From contig CAZSQA010000003.1 of assembly GCA_964608915.1 (NCBI GenBank), positions 118,613-182,612 of the forward strand: a stretch of 64,000 nt of DNA. The letters are read 5' to 3'. The DNA is from an uncultured Isosphaeraceae bacterium (GTDB lineage: Bacteria; Planctomycetota; Planctomycetia; Isosphaerales; Isosphaeraceae). Position 1 is the first letter of the stretch. The number at the start of each line of letters is the position of its first letter. The notes below the pieces were generated by a model. It was given only the letters and a program-made list of their open reading frames with translations, was not told the DNA's origin and did not search any database. The position numbers were made by a program, and so were the translations under genes. Positions 8,484 through 17,452 of this stretch are shown piece after piece.

Positions 8484-9806
8484 AACTGTCCGGCCATTGA
8501 TCTGAGAACCCGACGCAACCTTATTCAAAATAGTTGGTTATGATGATTCTTGGGCGCGCACGATATCTCGTTGAGTCGTCAAAATCCGCCTCTGGGACCT
8601 ATCCCGAGACTGCGGACGATGATTCATGGAACCCGGTCGACTCGTCTTCGCTCAACTCATGGATTTCCTTCCTCGCCATGAGTTCGACTCGTGCGTACGA
8701 CGGTATCAAGGGAATCGTCGCCATCGTGGCTTCTCCAGCCGAGACCAGTTTCTTTGCCTCGCCTTCGCACAATTCACATTCCGAGAGAGCCTGCGCGACA
8801 TTGAAACATGCCTGCGAGCCTTGCAGCCCAAGCTCTATCACGCGGGCTTTCGAGGCAACATCTCCCGCAGCACTCTGGCTGACGCCAACCGCACGCACGA
8901 TTGGCGAATCTACGCGGATTTCGCTCAGGTGCTGATTGATCGCGCTCGCAAAATTTATGCGAACGAACCGATCGCCGTCGAACTGCAACAGGCTGTGTAC
9001 GCCCTGGATAGCACAACAATCGATCTTTGCCTGAGCCTGTTTCCGTGGGCGGCATTCAGGCAGCACAAAGGGGCGGTCAAGCTGCACACGCTTGTCGATC
9101 TGCGAGGCAATATCCCGTGTTTCATTCGGATTACCAACGGAAAAACCCACGATGTCAGGATTCTGGATCAACTGCCGATCGAACCGGGCTCATTCTTACG
9201 TGATGTATCGGGGGTACGTGGATTTTCGGCGTCTGCATCGCTTTACGTCGAGTTCGGCCTACTTCGTCACGCGTGCCAAACGCGGCCTCGAATTCACCCG
9301 GCGTGGTCGCCGTGCTGTCGATAAGGCAACGGGGCTTCGCAGTGACCAATCGATCATGCTGGCAGGCCCGAAGACAGCACGACTGTACCCGGACCAATTA
9401 CGCCGGATCTCGTTCTACGACCAGGAAAACGACCGGCGATTCGTCTTTCTGACGAACAACTTCGGTTTACCTGCATTGACGATTGCCCAGCTCTACAAGT
9501 CCCGCTGGCAGGTCGAACTGTTTTTCAAGTGGATCAAGCAGAACCTTCGCATCAAGTCCTTCTACGGCACGAGCGACAACGCGGTGAGGGTCCAGATATG
9601 GATTGCGATCAGCATTTACGTGATCGTCGCCATCGTCAAGATGGAACTTGGACTGGATCGTAGCCTGAGCGAAATTTTGCAAATTCTGAGCCTGACACTT
9701 TTCGAGAAAACCCCTACTTTTCAGGCACTGAGTGACCCGAAAAAACAAGATTCAGAATTGCATTTCTCTAACCAATTGGAGCTGTTCGACTTATAGCCGG
9801 ACAGTT
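8484..9806 (+). mobile_element. IS4-family insertion sequence (about 1.3 kb), probably inactive
   Basis: An 11-bp perfect terminal inverted repeat, AACTGTCCGGC (8484-8494) and GCCGGACAGTT (9796-9806), brackets a DDE transposase reading frame. Local GC is lower than the flanks. I could see no target-site duplication, so the exact ends are approximate. Confidence 0.7.
8626..9796 (+). pseudogene. IS4-family (DUF4372 + DDE_Tnp_1 type) transposase, disrupted by a +1 frameshift near 9196 and carrying D->Y at the second catalytic Asp
   Basis: The frame-1 ORF 8626..9324 (MEPGRLVFAQLMDFLPRHEF...YALDSTTIDL...LPIEPGSF) continues in frame 2 (ORF 9092..9796: YVMYRGYVDF...LYKSRWQVELFFKWIKQ). The join is at TTC-T-TAC (9193-9199). 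The family motif YVMDRGY reads YVMYRGY here (TAT at 9206-9208). Confidence 0.8.
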
Positions 9807-9844
9807 GTGTGCGTCGTTATCGAATTCGAATCCTTGGGAGACAG

Positions 9845-10237
9845 TCATTTCGGCGGTAATTCCGAGATCGGTATCCAAACGGTGTCGCCTATCGAGATCC
9901 GGATTTTCGGCTCAGGGTCAAACTCCACTTCCATACTGTCTTTCGAGCGATCCCAGATCAGACTCGTGACATGGCCGATGATTTCCTCCCCACGGTGCAC
10001 CGTATCGCCCAGGGCCATGTACGGCTGACGCCCGTTCAGGCCATGCCGCCCTTTATGTGCAGGAGTATCGCCAAGATAGTGGGCATCGTAGCTTTCGACG
10101 ATCTGAAATTCGAATCTTGCGGAATCCGCAACATGCGTCGTTTCGTCCCGCTGGATTTTCGAAGCGAGGACGACGATCGAAAGTATCATCGCAAGTACCG
10201 TTGTCATCTGCCAGGTCTGCTTCGTGATCCGATCCAT
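9845..10237 (-). CDS. hypothetical membrane-anchored protein (130 aa)
   Basis: ATG at 10237 preceded by GGGAGAA. N-terminal TM helix TTVLAMILSIVVLA. GC is lower than the neighbours. I recognise no family. Confidence 0.55.
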   Translation of the reverse strand: MDRITKQTWQMTTVLAMILSIVVLASKIQRDETTHVADSARFEFQIVESYDAHYLGDTPAHKGRHGLNGRQPYMALGDTVHRGEEIIGHVTSLIWDRSKDSMEVEFDPEPKIRISIGDTVWIPISELPPK

Positions 10238-10324
10238 AGAATTCTCCCATTTTTCTTCGTCGAACGAAACGATTTTCGAACACGGTTGACATTCGTCGAC
10301 GGCGAGCTTGCGATCGGAAGTGTC

Positions 10325-11344
10325 TCACTTCTGGGGCGGATATGCCAGGGCAAGTGCTGTCGCGGCCCACGAACTCGCCGCGATCGACACGAACTGATCC
10401 TTGCCGTGCGGAAAGCCGCTTTCGTAATAGGTCTGAAACGGCTTGCTGCGCGACTTCACATGCCATGACCCATCAGGCAGTTGCGATTTGAGCAGAAATT
10501 TAAGGCCCCGAACGGCGGCTTCATCCGCCGGCTTGATGGTTCCGGATTCGAAAAGCGCCACCAGAACCGATCCTGTCGCATAGGCGTCGCTGTCCATATC
10601 ATCCCGCTGTGCCCAGCCGCCGTCGGGCCGCTGAGTGGCGATCAATTCGCTCGCCGCTTTCGAAACTTCCTCGTCACCGGCCCCGGCGATTTTCAGTGAC
10701 CAAAGCCGGAAAACCCGGTCTTCCGTCTCTTTCGCCGGTGTCGATTTCGTCCACTCGCGAGCTTGAGCGATGCGAATTTCAGCCCTCTCACGCTGCTCAG
10801 GCGTCGCGAAGGCTTTCAAGCCGCGTATCGCGAGAAAATTGGCCGTGAAGTGGCTGCTTTCGGTCGGCGGGCGATCGCTGGTCATTTTCCAACGGCCCTG
10901 GTCCTTCTGATATTTCAGCAGATATTCAGCCACGGCGGCCGTGATTTCGTCCGGCTTGCGGCCCCCGGTTTCCAGAGCCCAGAGCGCCGCGCCGGCCGTG
11001 GCCACCTGACCGCCCGTCCCCTTCCCGGCCAGAAAGTCGTCCCGATGATCTTCGAGATAATCGGCGGTGAATTGCAATTGTTCTTTCGCCAGCGATTCGT
11101 CGATCGCGAAGCCGCGCGACCTAGCCGTCGCGACCGCCAGCACCGGCATGCCCAGATTATGACAAGTGAAACAGTTCGGCCGCGCCTTCATCGAACCGGC
11201 CGCGCCTTTTTCGATCACGGGAATCGCCCGCACCACCGCAGCTCGAATTTCGATAGCGGTGGGCGCGCCATCCTGAGCCATACCGACGGGCAAGCACGAA
11301 GCGAGCGAAACTCCCATGCAGCATCGAACGATCATGCGAATCAT
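10325..11344 (-). CDS. prenyltransferase/squalene-oxidase repeat (terpenoid-cyclase-like alpha/alpha toroid) protein with a CxxCH motif
   Basis: Start chosen at the ATG at 11344 (AAGGGGG upstream; signal peptide MIRMIVRCCMGVSLASCLPVGMAQ). QW-like repeats: KYQKDQGRWKM, ATQRPDGGWAQ, KSQLPDGSWHV. NCFTCHN is encoded at 11159-11173 (reverse strand). Confidence 0.75.
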   Translation of the reverse strand: MIRMIVRCCMGVSLASCLPVGMAQDGAPTAIEIRAAVVRAIPVIEKGAAGSMKARPNCFTCHNLGMPVLAVATARSRGFAIDESLAKEQLQFTADYLEDHRDDFLAGKGTGGQVATAGAALWALETGGRKPDEITAAVAEYLLKYQKDQGRWKMTSDRPPTESSHFTANFLAIRGLKAFATPEQRERAEIRIAQAREWTKSTPAKETEDRVFRLWSLKIAGAGDEEVSKAASELIATQRPDGGWAQRDDMDSDAYATGSVLVALFESGTIKPADEAAVRGLKFLLKSQLPDGSWHVKSRSKPFQTYYESGFPHGKDQFVSIAASSWAATALALAYPPQK

Positions 11345-11456
11345 GCTTTGCCCCCTTGAGACTCGTTCGAAGTTCTTCGAAACGTGGCTTCGAACCATTC
11401 GAAATCGACCGATCGGGGCGGAATCGAAACCGCCCCGCCGGCGCATCGATTCGAAA

Positions 11457-12491
11457 TCAGCGACCCATCAGGGCCTTGAGGATCATCAGATCCAGGTCTT
11501 CGTACTGGCGATTGTCGCGCAGTTCCTTGACTTTGGCTTCGTCGACGCCGCGGACGATATCCAGCAGCGCCACGAAGATCGCCCGGCTGTTGGCCAGGTG
11601 CTTGGTCACCTCTTCGGCCCGGGTCGTGCGCATGGCTTTCACGTCGAGGCCGACGGCTTCACCGTTCGCGCCGTAACCGTTCTTGTCAAGCACCCAGACC
11701 TGGTCGAACGCACGCCGAAGGTCGGCGCTGCCGAAGGTTTTGTCCTGGTCGTACTTCAAGCCGTTCTGGTCGTTCAGGTGCACGCTCCAGAGCTTCTTGT
11801 GATACAGGGCATAGGCCATGTCGTCGGCCGGGTCGAGGCCCGCCAGAATCGAGTGGGCCGATTCGATCAGCACGCCCGACCGCTTCGGGTCGATCGTCGT
11901 ATAGGCCAGGCCGACCATGTGCCCGACTGTGGGCAGATAGGCCTGATCCATCGGCTCGTTCGGCTTGGCTTCACCGAGGACGCGAATCTCAGGGTCGTGT
12001 TCGAGGATCGCGTTCCAGCCTTCGGCGATGCGGCCGACGGCGGTTTTGGCGCATTTGGCTTCACGAATGTAGCTGCCTTCACGGGCCAGCCACAGGACGT
12101 AATTCTTGCAGTCGACGACCTTGGCCAGATCGACGCAACGCTTGGCGCGATCCAAGGCATATTGGCGATCCTTCGGGCAATTCGAAGTGAACGCGCCGTC
12201 GATGGTGTGCGGGTCTTCCCAAAGCCGCGGGGCGATGATTTCGACGAACAGCCCTTCGTCGTCCAGCACCTTCTTCAGCTCGGCGGCCCTCTTCAGCTTC
12301 TCGGCTTCAGGAAGGTCATAGGGCACGATGTCGTCGTCATGGAACTGGACGCCGTCATAGCCCAGCTTCTTGTACTGACGGATCTTCTCAGCGAAGGCCA
12401 TATCGGCTCGCACGGGCGGACCGAACGGGTCGGCTCCGGTGCTGATGTTCCAGGGCCCGAAGGTGAACTTGTAATTGTGCGTCGCGCTCAT
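11457..12491 (-). CDS. xylose-isomerase-like TIM-barrel protein (class I XylA-like sugar isomerase/epimerase)
   Basis: The N-terminus KFTFGPWNISTGADPFGP...GYDGVQFHDDDIVPY mirrors actinobacterial XylA (FTFGLWTVG..DPFG...FHDDDL). 344 aa. Confidence 0.85.
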   Translation of the reverse strand: MSATHNYKFTFGPWNISTGADPFGPPVRADMAFAEKIRQYKKLGYDGVQFHDDDIVPYDLPEAEKLKRAAELKKVLDDEGLFVEIIAPRLWEDPHTIDGAFTSNCPKDRQYALDRAKRCVDLAKVVDCKNYVLWLAREGSYIREAKCAKTAVGRIAEGWNAILEHDPEIRVLGEAKPNEPMDQAYLPTVGHMVGLAYTTIDPKRSGVLIESAHSILAGLDPADDMAYALYHKKLWSVHLNDQNGLKYDQDKTFGSADLRRAFDQVWVLDKNGYGANGEAVGLDVKAMRTTRAEEVTKHLANSRAIFVALLDIVRGVDEAKVKELRDNRQYEDLDLMILKALMGR

Positions 12492-12677
12492 GAGATTTTC
12501 GGTATTCGGTAGGATCGAGATTCGGTGGCCGGCACGCCGGGAAAGGCTGCCGAACGAATTGGCCGCGATATCGCCCGGTCAGGTGACAGGCGGGCATTCA
12601 TCTTCGTTCACGGACGATCGGGCGTCAACCGAGCAGCGGTCCGCCATGGACACAACCTGAGCGGTTCGCCCGAAACT

Positions 12678-13976
12678 TCAACGAGTTTCGATGATTTCGA
12701 CCTTCGGCATCGAAAGGTAAACGATCGGCATCTCTCCGTCTTCCGACGTAAAATACGGAATGTGGTAAATCCCGCACGGCAACAGGCCGCCACCTGTCGG
12801 GTCGACCTGCACCCAGCCCCGGCCGAAATCGTACCACTCGGCCCAGACATGGCCGCTTGTGCCATAAAGCCACCCCGCAACTTGCCTTGCGGGAATGCCC
12901 GATGCACGGGCGAGAGTCACGAACAGATCCGAAAAGTCCCAACAGTGGCCGAATTTCTGGTCGAGAGCCTTCAAGGTGCCCCAGCGGGATCCTGTCTGGC
13001 CCTCGTACTTAACGTTTCTTCCAGGCTTCAGCCAGGCAAGAATCGCCGCCACTTTCGCTTGATCGTCCGTTTTGCCTGCCGTGATCGATGCCGCCAACTC
13101 GCGGATTTTCGGATCGTCGGCCGGCCAGCGTGGCGTGGCGGCCAGAAGGCTGGGAGCAGGAGGCCGGATCGCGAATTCGGTCTGTGTCGATCGACGCGTT
13201 TCCTGCTCACCGGCGACAGTCGTTTCGATGACGGCTTTGACGAAAGGTATCCGATGACGTGTCGGCAGATTTCCGAATTCGTAGACCTTGATCGAGCCAG
13301 CTTCGCGGATTTTGCTCGGACTGGGTTCGATGTTCACGGTCGTTTCGCTCTCTTGCGGCGAATTTCGCAACGCCAGAGATTTTCCGAAGGCGAATTTCTC
13401 CGACAGTTCGGCGATTTTCGCCGCGTTCGCTGGCGTAGCACGCTGGTTCTGTTCGACACAGGCCTGAAACAGCGGGTTCGCGGCCATGTCGTCCGGCTTT
13501 TCGATCGTCGCAAGCTCAGCCGTGACGCGATACCGCACAGACTTCGGCTTCGGCTCGATGCCAAGCTCCCAGGTCGTCTTGCGAGCCAGGGCTTCGTCAT
13601 TCGCGACGTATTCGACGATCTCTCGCCCCTTCCGAACCACGAAAGGCGGCTGCTTGATGCGATTGAGAGCCGCGAGTAAAGCATCCGCGGAGCCATCGTC
13701 AGCAGCGACGATCACGTTCACCTGGATCGGCCGGCCATGCACACGAATCGTCGAATTCGTCAGGCGTTCGATTTTTCCGCCGAGTTTCTGGCCGATCGCA
13801 TCGCGATTCCTGGCATCGACTTCGGCCGACGACGCGACCGTAATCCCAGGCGGTAGATTTCTCAAGAGCGGCTCGACCGTTCGCGTTCCGATCCGCGCCT
13901 GACCGAACGCCGAAACCCATGTGACGAAACAAGCGAAAGCCAGCCATGATGGACGCAAGTGTTTCGGCTTTTTCAT
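12678..13976 (-). CDS. secreted transglutaminase-like domain protein
   Basis: Signal peptide MKKPKHLRPSWLAFACFVTWVSAFGQA. The C-terminal core GHCWDFSDLFVTLARASGIPARQVAGW...GHVWAEWY...VQVDPT supplies the Cys-His-Asp triad. Confidence 0.85.
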   Translation of the reverse strand: MKKPKHLRPSWLAFACFVTWVSAFGQARIGTRTVEPLLRNLPPGITVASSAEVDARNRDAIGQKLGGKIERLTNSTIRVHGRPIQVNVIVAADDGSADALLAALNRIKQPPFVVRKGREIVEYVANDEALARKTTWELGIEPKPKSVRYRVTAELATIEKPDDMAANPLFQACVEQNQRATPANAAKIAELSEKFAFGKSLALRNSPQESETTVNIEPSPSKIREAGSIKVYEFGNLPTRHRIPFVKAVIETTVAGEQETRRSTQTEFAIRPPAPSLLAATPRWPADDPKIRELAASITAGKTDDQAKVAAILAWLKPGRNVKYEGQTGSRWGTLKALDQKFGHCWDFSDLFVTLARASGIPARQVAGWLYGTSGHVWAEWYDFGRGWVQVDPTGGGLLPCGIYHIPYFTSEDGEMPIVYLSMPKVEIIETR

Positions 13977-14128
13977 GATCGATCGAATCGCTCAGAGGGC
14001 GAAAGGGCACATTCACGTGCCGCGAAGTGGCGTTTTCGACTATCATTCAATGTCGGTACGGCGGGCTCAAGAGGTCACAGCCGAAAAGCGCGTTGACAGG
14101 GGGGGCCGAGGCTTAGCCCGAGCGATCC

Positions 14129-14434
14129 ATGAACATCTGGCAGGTGATGCTGGCCGTCGCGATGTTCGCTATCGCGTTCTCGCTTTGGGTCACTTCGGAA
14201 TCGACACGCGTGATGCTGATCGTCATGGGCATCGGTGTCGCCGTGGCGACGATCACGGTCGTTTGTCTGCTCCGGATGTTCGAAATGCTGGGCACGATGG
14301 CCTACGATTCGACCAGGCGCGGCTGGACGCTCGGACTCGCCAGGCTCGGCCTGCTGATGATGGCCTGCGCGCTCGCTGACGGCGCCCTGGTCGGCCTTGG
14401 CGTGTATTTGATTTCGAAGATGGCGGGGGTTTGA
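14129..14434 (+). CDS. small integral membrane protein (101 aa, about 3 TM helices)
   Basis: ATG start and strongly hydrophobic segments (VMLAVAMFAIAFSLWV, VMLIVMGIGVAVATITVVCLL, LGLLMMACALADGALVGLGVYLI). No family call. Confidence 0.5.
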   Translation: MNIWQVMLAVAMFAIAFSLWVTSESTRVMLIVMGIGVAVATITVVCLLRMFEMLGTMAYDSTRRGWTLGLARLGLLMMACALADGALVGLGVYLISKMAGV

Positions 14435-14464
14435 AGTTCCGAGCGGGATTGAGGACGAGTCGCC

Positions 14465-15244
14465 ATGCCTTTCACTCCAGTCCACGTTCTTGCGATCCTG
14501 CCGATCGCGGCCTTCGAACGGGCTCGATTACCTTTCGCAGCTCTGGCGATCGGCAGCATGATCCCGGACCTGCCTCTTTTCGTTCATTTCGGGCCGAGTT
14601 ATCAGTCGACGCATTCGATCCCCGGGTTGGTCACGGTCTGCCTGCCTCTGGGCCTTGCAGCAATGGCGATCATTCGGTTCGTCCTGGCAAGGCCGCTGTT
14701 GGCCCTCTTGCAGCCGGGTCATCGCCACCGGCTCGAAACGTTCGTCGATCCGCCGGAGCCGCTGACCGGAAAGTCTCTTGCCCTGGCATCGATCGCGATC
14801 GTCGTCGGCGCGGCGACGCATGGATTCTGGGACTCGTTCACCCACGAAGACCGCTGGGGCACACGCCGCTTTCATTCGTTGAACGTCGTCGATCTCACGA
14901 TTGGCGGACAACAGATCAAACGGTATGAAATCCTGCAATACGGCTGCTCTGCGCTGGGTCTGCCGCTGCTCGCGGCGATTTTCTTCGATCGATTTCGAAA
15001 GATCCCTGAGCCATCTCTCGAGGATCGGCAAGAGACGATCGATGATCGAACACGCCATGTGATCATGGCGGCACTCGCACTGATCGCAGCTGCCGCGGGC
15101 GTGTTCGGCTGGGTTCGATTCGACCGGCCGCTCTCGGCTCGACTTCATGATGCGGTCACGAAATCCGGTTTCGCACTGATTATCGCTAGTCTTGTCTATA
15201 GCATCGCTTATGGCATGAAATTCCGGAAGTCCGGCCGAAATTGA
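14465..15244 (+). CDS. DUF4184-like integral membrane protein (putative metal-dependent membrane hydrolase fold)
   Basis: The N-terminus MPFTPVHVLAILPIAAF...LAIGSMIPDLPLFV matches the DUF4184 consensus as I recall it (MPFTxxHPaxvLPl...GSmxPDxxyf). Further His-rich motif GAATHGFWDSFTHED. Confidence 0.65.
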   Translation: MPFTPVHVLAILPIAAFERARLPFAALAIGSMIPDLPLFVHFGPSYQSTHSIPGLVTVCLPLGLAAMAIIRFVLARPLLALLQPGHRHRLETFVDPPEPLTGKSLALASIAIVVGAATHGFWDSFTHEDRWGTRRFHSLNVVDLTIGGQQIKRYEILQYGCSALGLPLLAAIFFDRFRKIPEPSLEDRQETIDDRTRHVIMAALALIAAAAGVFGWVRFDRPLSARLHDAVTKSGFALIIASLVYSIAYGMKFRKSGRN

Positions 15245-15509
15245 TGAGATGGCCATGCAAAAGGCTCGATACCGATCGATCGAGAATTGCATCGGAACGA
15301 TGGAAACGCCATCATTTTGCATGGGCGAATCTCTTCGCGACGGGAATTCGTTCGGTGCCGCACGATCCCCAGCCGCATAAAGAGACTTGCCCGGTACTGA
15401 TATTCGATGGATTTCCAAGAATTCGGGAAATGCGGATATCTGCTTTGCAGGACATGCGACTGCGACACGAAACACACGAAGACAAGCTCGAAGGCATTCG
15501 AAGTCCCGT

Positions 15510-16016
15510 TCAGGGGCCGCTGCCTTCCAGCTTATTGCGCTGACCTCGCTCGTTTGCGGATACGCCATGAGATTCGGCGATCGCCACGATGTCATCGACA
15601 TATGACTCCGGCAAACCAATCCTGCGTGCTCCTTCGACGATCCGGTTCGAATAATCCGCACTGGGCCTGCCAGTACGAAGTCCGGGCCGGGCTTCGACGA
15701 CATATGCGATCGCTTCGATTGCTTCGCCTTGGATGTCGATCACATTTACCCGACGTTTCTCATATCCGCCTTCGAATCGATCCAGCCGTTCGAAATCGGC
15801 TTCGCGGAACCGATAAATCACGCCCATGACGCCCGGCCCTGGGCTGACGATATTGGCATAAGCCGGTCCACCGCATTCGACTTCCTGAAAGAGAAGCCGA
15901 TGATCAGGGAGCCGGACGATCCGGGGCGGATGTTCGGCGAGCCCGGTCGAACCGATGCGCTGGACCATCTGGTGCACGCAAAGATTGCTGCCATAAGCGA
16001 AATACCAATCGCACAT
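15510..16016 (-). CDS. gamma-glutamylcyclotransferase (GGCT/AIG2-like) family protein
   Basis: YFAYGSNL motif at the N-terminus, plus ...VIYRFREADFERLDRFEGGYEKRRVNV. The track start at 16061 is a TTG, so I prefer the ATG at 16016, which is preceded by GAGGAAA. Confidence 0.8.
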   Translation of the reverse strand: MCDWYFAYGSNLCVHQMVQRIGSTGLAEHPPRIVRLPDHRLLFQEVECGGPAYANIVSPGPGVMGVIYRFREADFERLDRFEGGYEKRRVNVIDIQGEAIEAIAYVVEARPGLRTGRPSADYSNRIVEGARRIGLPESYVDDIVAIAESHGVSANERGQRNKLEGSGP

Positions 16017-16070
16017 CGATTTCCTCGCATTTCCGCCTTCGGAATCCGGCAAGTCAGTCAAACGATCTGG

Positions 16071-16898
16071 TTACAAACCGCCGGAACCGCCTTCGACGAC
16101 ATCGGTCCAGACTTCGAATTTCATCAATCGATTGACGCCGAAAGTGGTCGTGATGGCAACATCCGCCGCGTCTCGACCGCGACCGATCAGCACGCGCCCG
16201 ACGCGCGGAATGTTATTACGGGCGTCGAACGTGTACCACTGGCCTCCAAGATAGACTTCGAACCAGGCGCTGAAATCCATCGGGTCAGGCGAAAGCGGCA
16301 CATCGATGTCGCCCAGAAACCCTGTGCAATAGCGGGCGGGGATGTTCAGGCAGCGACAAAGCGTGATCGCCAGATGCATAAAGTCGCGACATACGCCGAT
16401 GCGCTCGCGATACGCATCGAGTGCGGTCCGATTCGCCCGCGCCAGCATGTAGTCGAATCGAATGTGGCGATGCACGAAATCGCAGACAGCCTGCACTCGC
16501 GGCCATCCCGGCTCGGTTTGACCGAAAAGATTCCATGCGATGGCGTTCAGCTCGCTGTCGACCTCGCAATAGCGGCTCGGCAAAAGAAATATCAGAGTCT
16601 CATACGGCAAATTCTGCACATTGATCTGCCAAGCACCGGGCATCTGCAGATCGGGCAGGCCGCTATCGACGACGACGGCGTCGTTGCGAAATCCAACCAC
16701 GCCGGCCGGCACCATGACACGATGGCAGCGATTGCCGTAAGCGTCATAGAACATCTCCGAACCCAGATTCGGCTGGACTTCGAAGCGTTCCGGTTCGCGC
16801 ACCGTCGGCAGACGCGTGGGATGAAGGCTGATCATCGTCAACAAAGCCGTTGGCTCAGGGAATTCGAACTCCAGATTGCACCCGACACGAATGAGCAT
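16071..16898 (-). CDS. transglutaminase family protein (Bact_transglu_N + transglutaminase core type)
   Basis: MLIRVGCNLEFEF... N-domain. The core is GVCRDFMHLAITLCRCLNIPARYCTGF...FSAWFEVYLGGQWYTFDARNN. The track start at 16919 is a TTG, while the ATG at 16898 follows GGGAGAG. Confidence 0.85.
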   Translation of the reverse strand: MLIRVGCNLEFEFPEPTALLTMISLHPTRLPTVREPERFEVQPNLGSEMFYDAYGNRCHRVMVPAGVVGFRNDAVVVDSGLPDLQMPGAWQINVQNLPYETLIFLLPSRYCEVDSELNAIAWNLFGQTEPGWPRVQAVCDFVHRHIRFDYMLARANRTALDAYRERIGVCRDFMHLAITLCRCLNIPARYCTGFLGDIDVPLSPDPMDFSAWFEVYLGGQWYTFDARNNIPRVGRVLIGRGRDAADVAITTTFGVNRLMKFEVWTDVVEGGSGGL

Positions 16899-17452
16899 AA
16901 TCTCTCCCGATTCTCGCAACCGTTCTCGACGGCGATACCAGAGTACCAGAATCCTTCGACGCCAGGGACCTTTACGGGAAAATCGACGAAGAATACGTGC
17001 CGAACGACTTCGATTCGAACGTCATCAGCCTCTTGCCGAAAATGCGAGTGCCCATAAGCCACAGCCTGGATCCAAGAGTCCGACGGCCATGAATGAGCTT
17101 CCGGCCTGATCCGTAACGGAGTGCTCGGATTCCTCGCGAACCCGAAGTATTGGTCTTGAGAGGCTGCAGACTCTTTCGCCTATGTTCTTGTCCGGTTATG
17201 ATGCGTACGACTTGCGAGCGCGACCGATCGATGAAATCCGCCACCTCGATCCCATTCATGACCGGCTTCGTTTCCACGGAAAGTTCGCTACGCAGCGTCC
17301 AATTCCGTAATGAGTCGATCGCAACCGATGTCCGCACTCCGATACGCCCACAGGGAGAGTACGAGCGACAAAGCGAAAGGCACGGCCAGCCGGACTTTAC
17401 GGGTGCCGGGCAGCCTTGCCTGTTGCACGACTCGAGGTGAGTTCCGCATATC

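Noticed and set aside
7167-8528. 453-aa reverse-strand ORF
   Set aside because: It is fully antisense to the TlpA-like gene, which has a signal peptide, a WCGPC motif and an RBS. The antisense product is Arg/Gly/Phe-biased with no motif, which is the typical high-GC shadow ORF.
5466-10300. Possible tRNA-linked genomic island (PEP-CTERM protein, cytochrome c, TlpA-like, IS, low-GC small ORF)
   Set aside because: There is no integrase or recombinase. I found no direct repeat of the tRNA 3' end. Most genes have host-like GC. Only the IS and the small ORF look foreign.
11316-12512. 398-aa forward ORF
   Set aside because: It is antisense to the xylose-isomerase-like gene, whose N-terminus matches XylA. 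This is a shadow ORF.
12525-13679. 384-aa forward ORF
   Set aside because: It is antisense to the secreted transglutaminase gene (clear Cys-His-Asp core on the reverse strand), and its composition is Arg-rich.
14528-15703. 391-aa reverse ORF
   Set aside because: It is antisense to the DUF4184-like membrane protein and runs through an intergenic region. No motif, Arg/Cys-rich.
15729-17057. 442-aa forward ORF
   Set aside because: It is antisense to both the GGCT and transglutaminase genes, which carry diagnostic motifs on the reverse strand.
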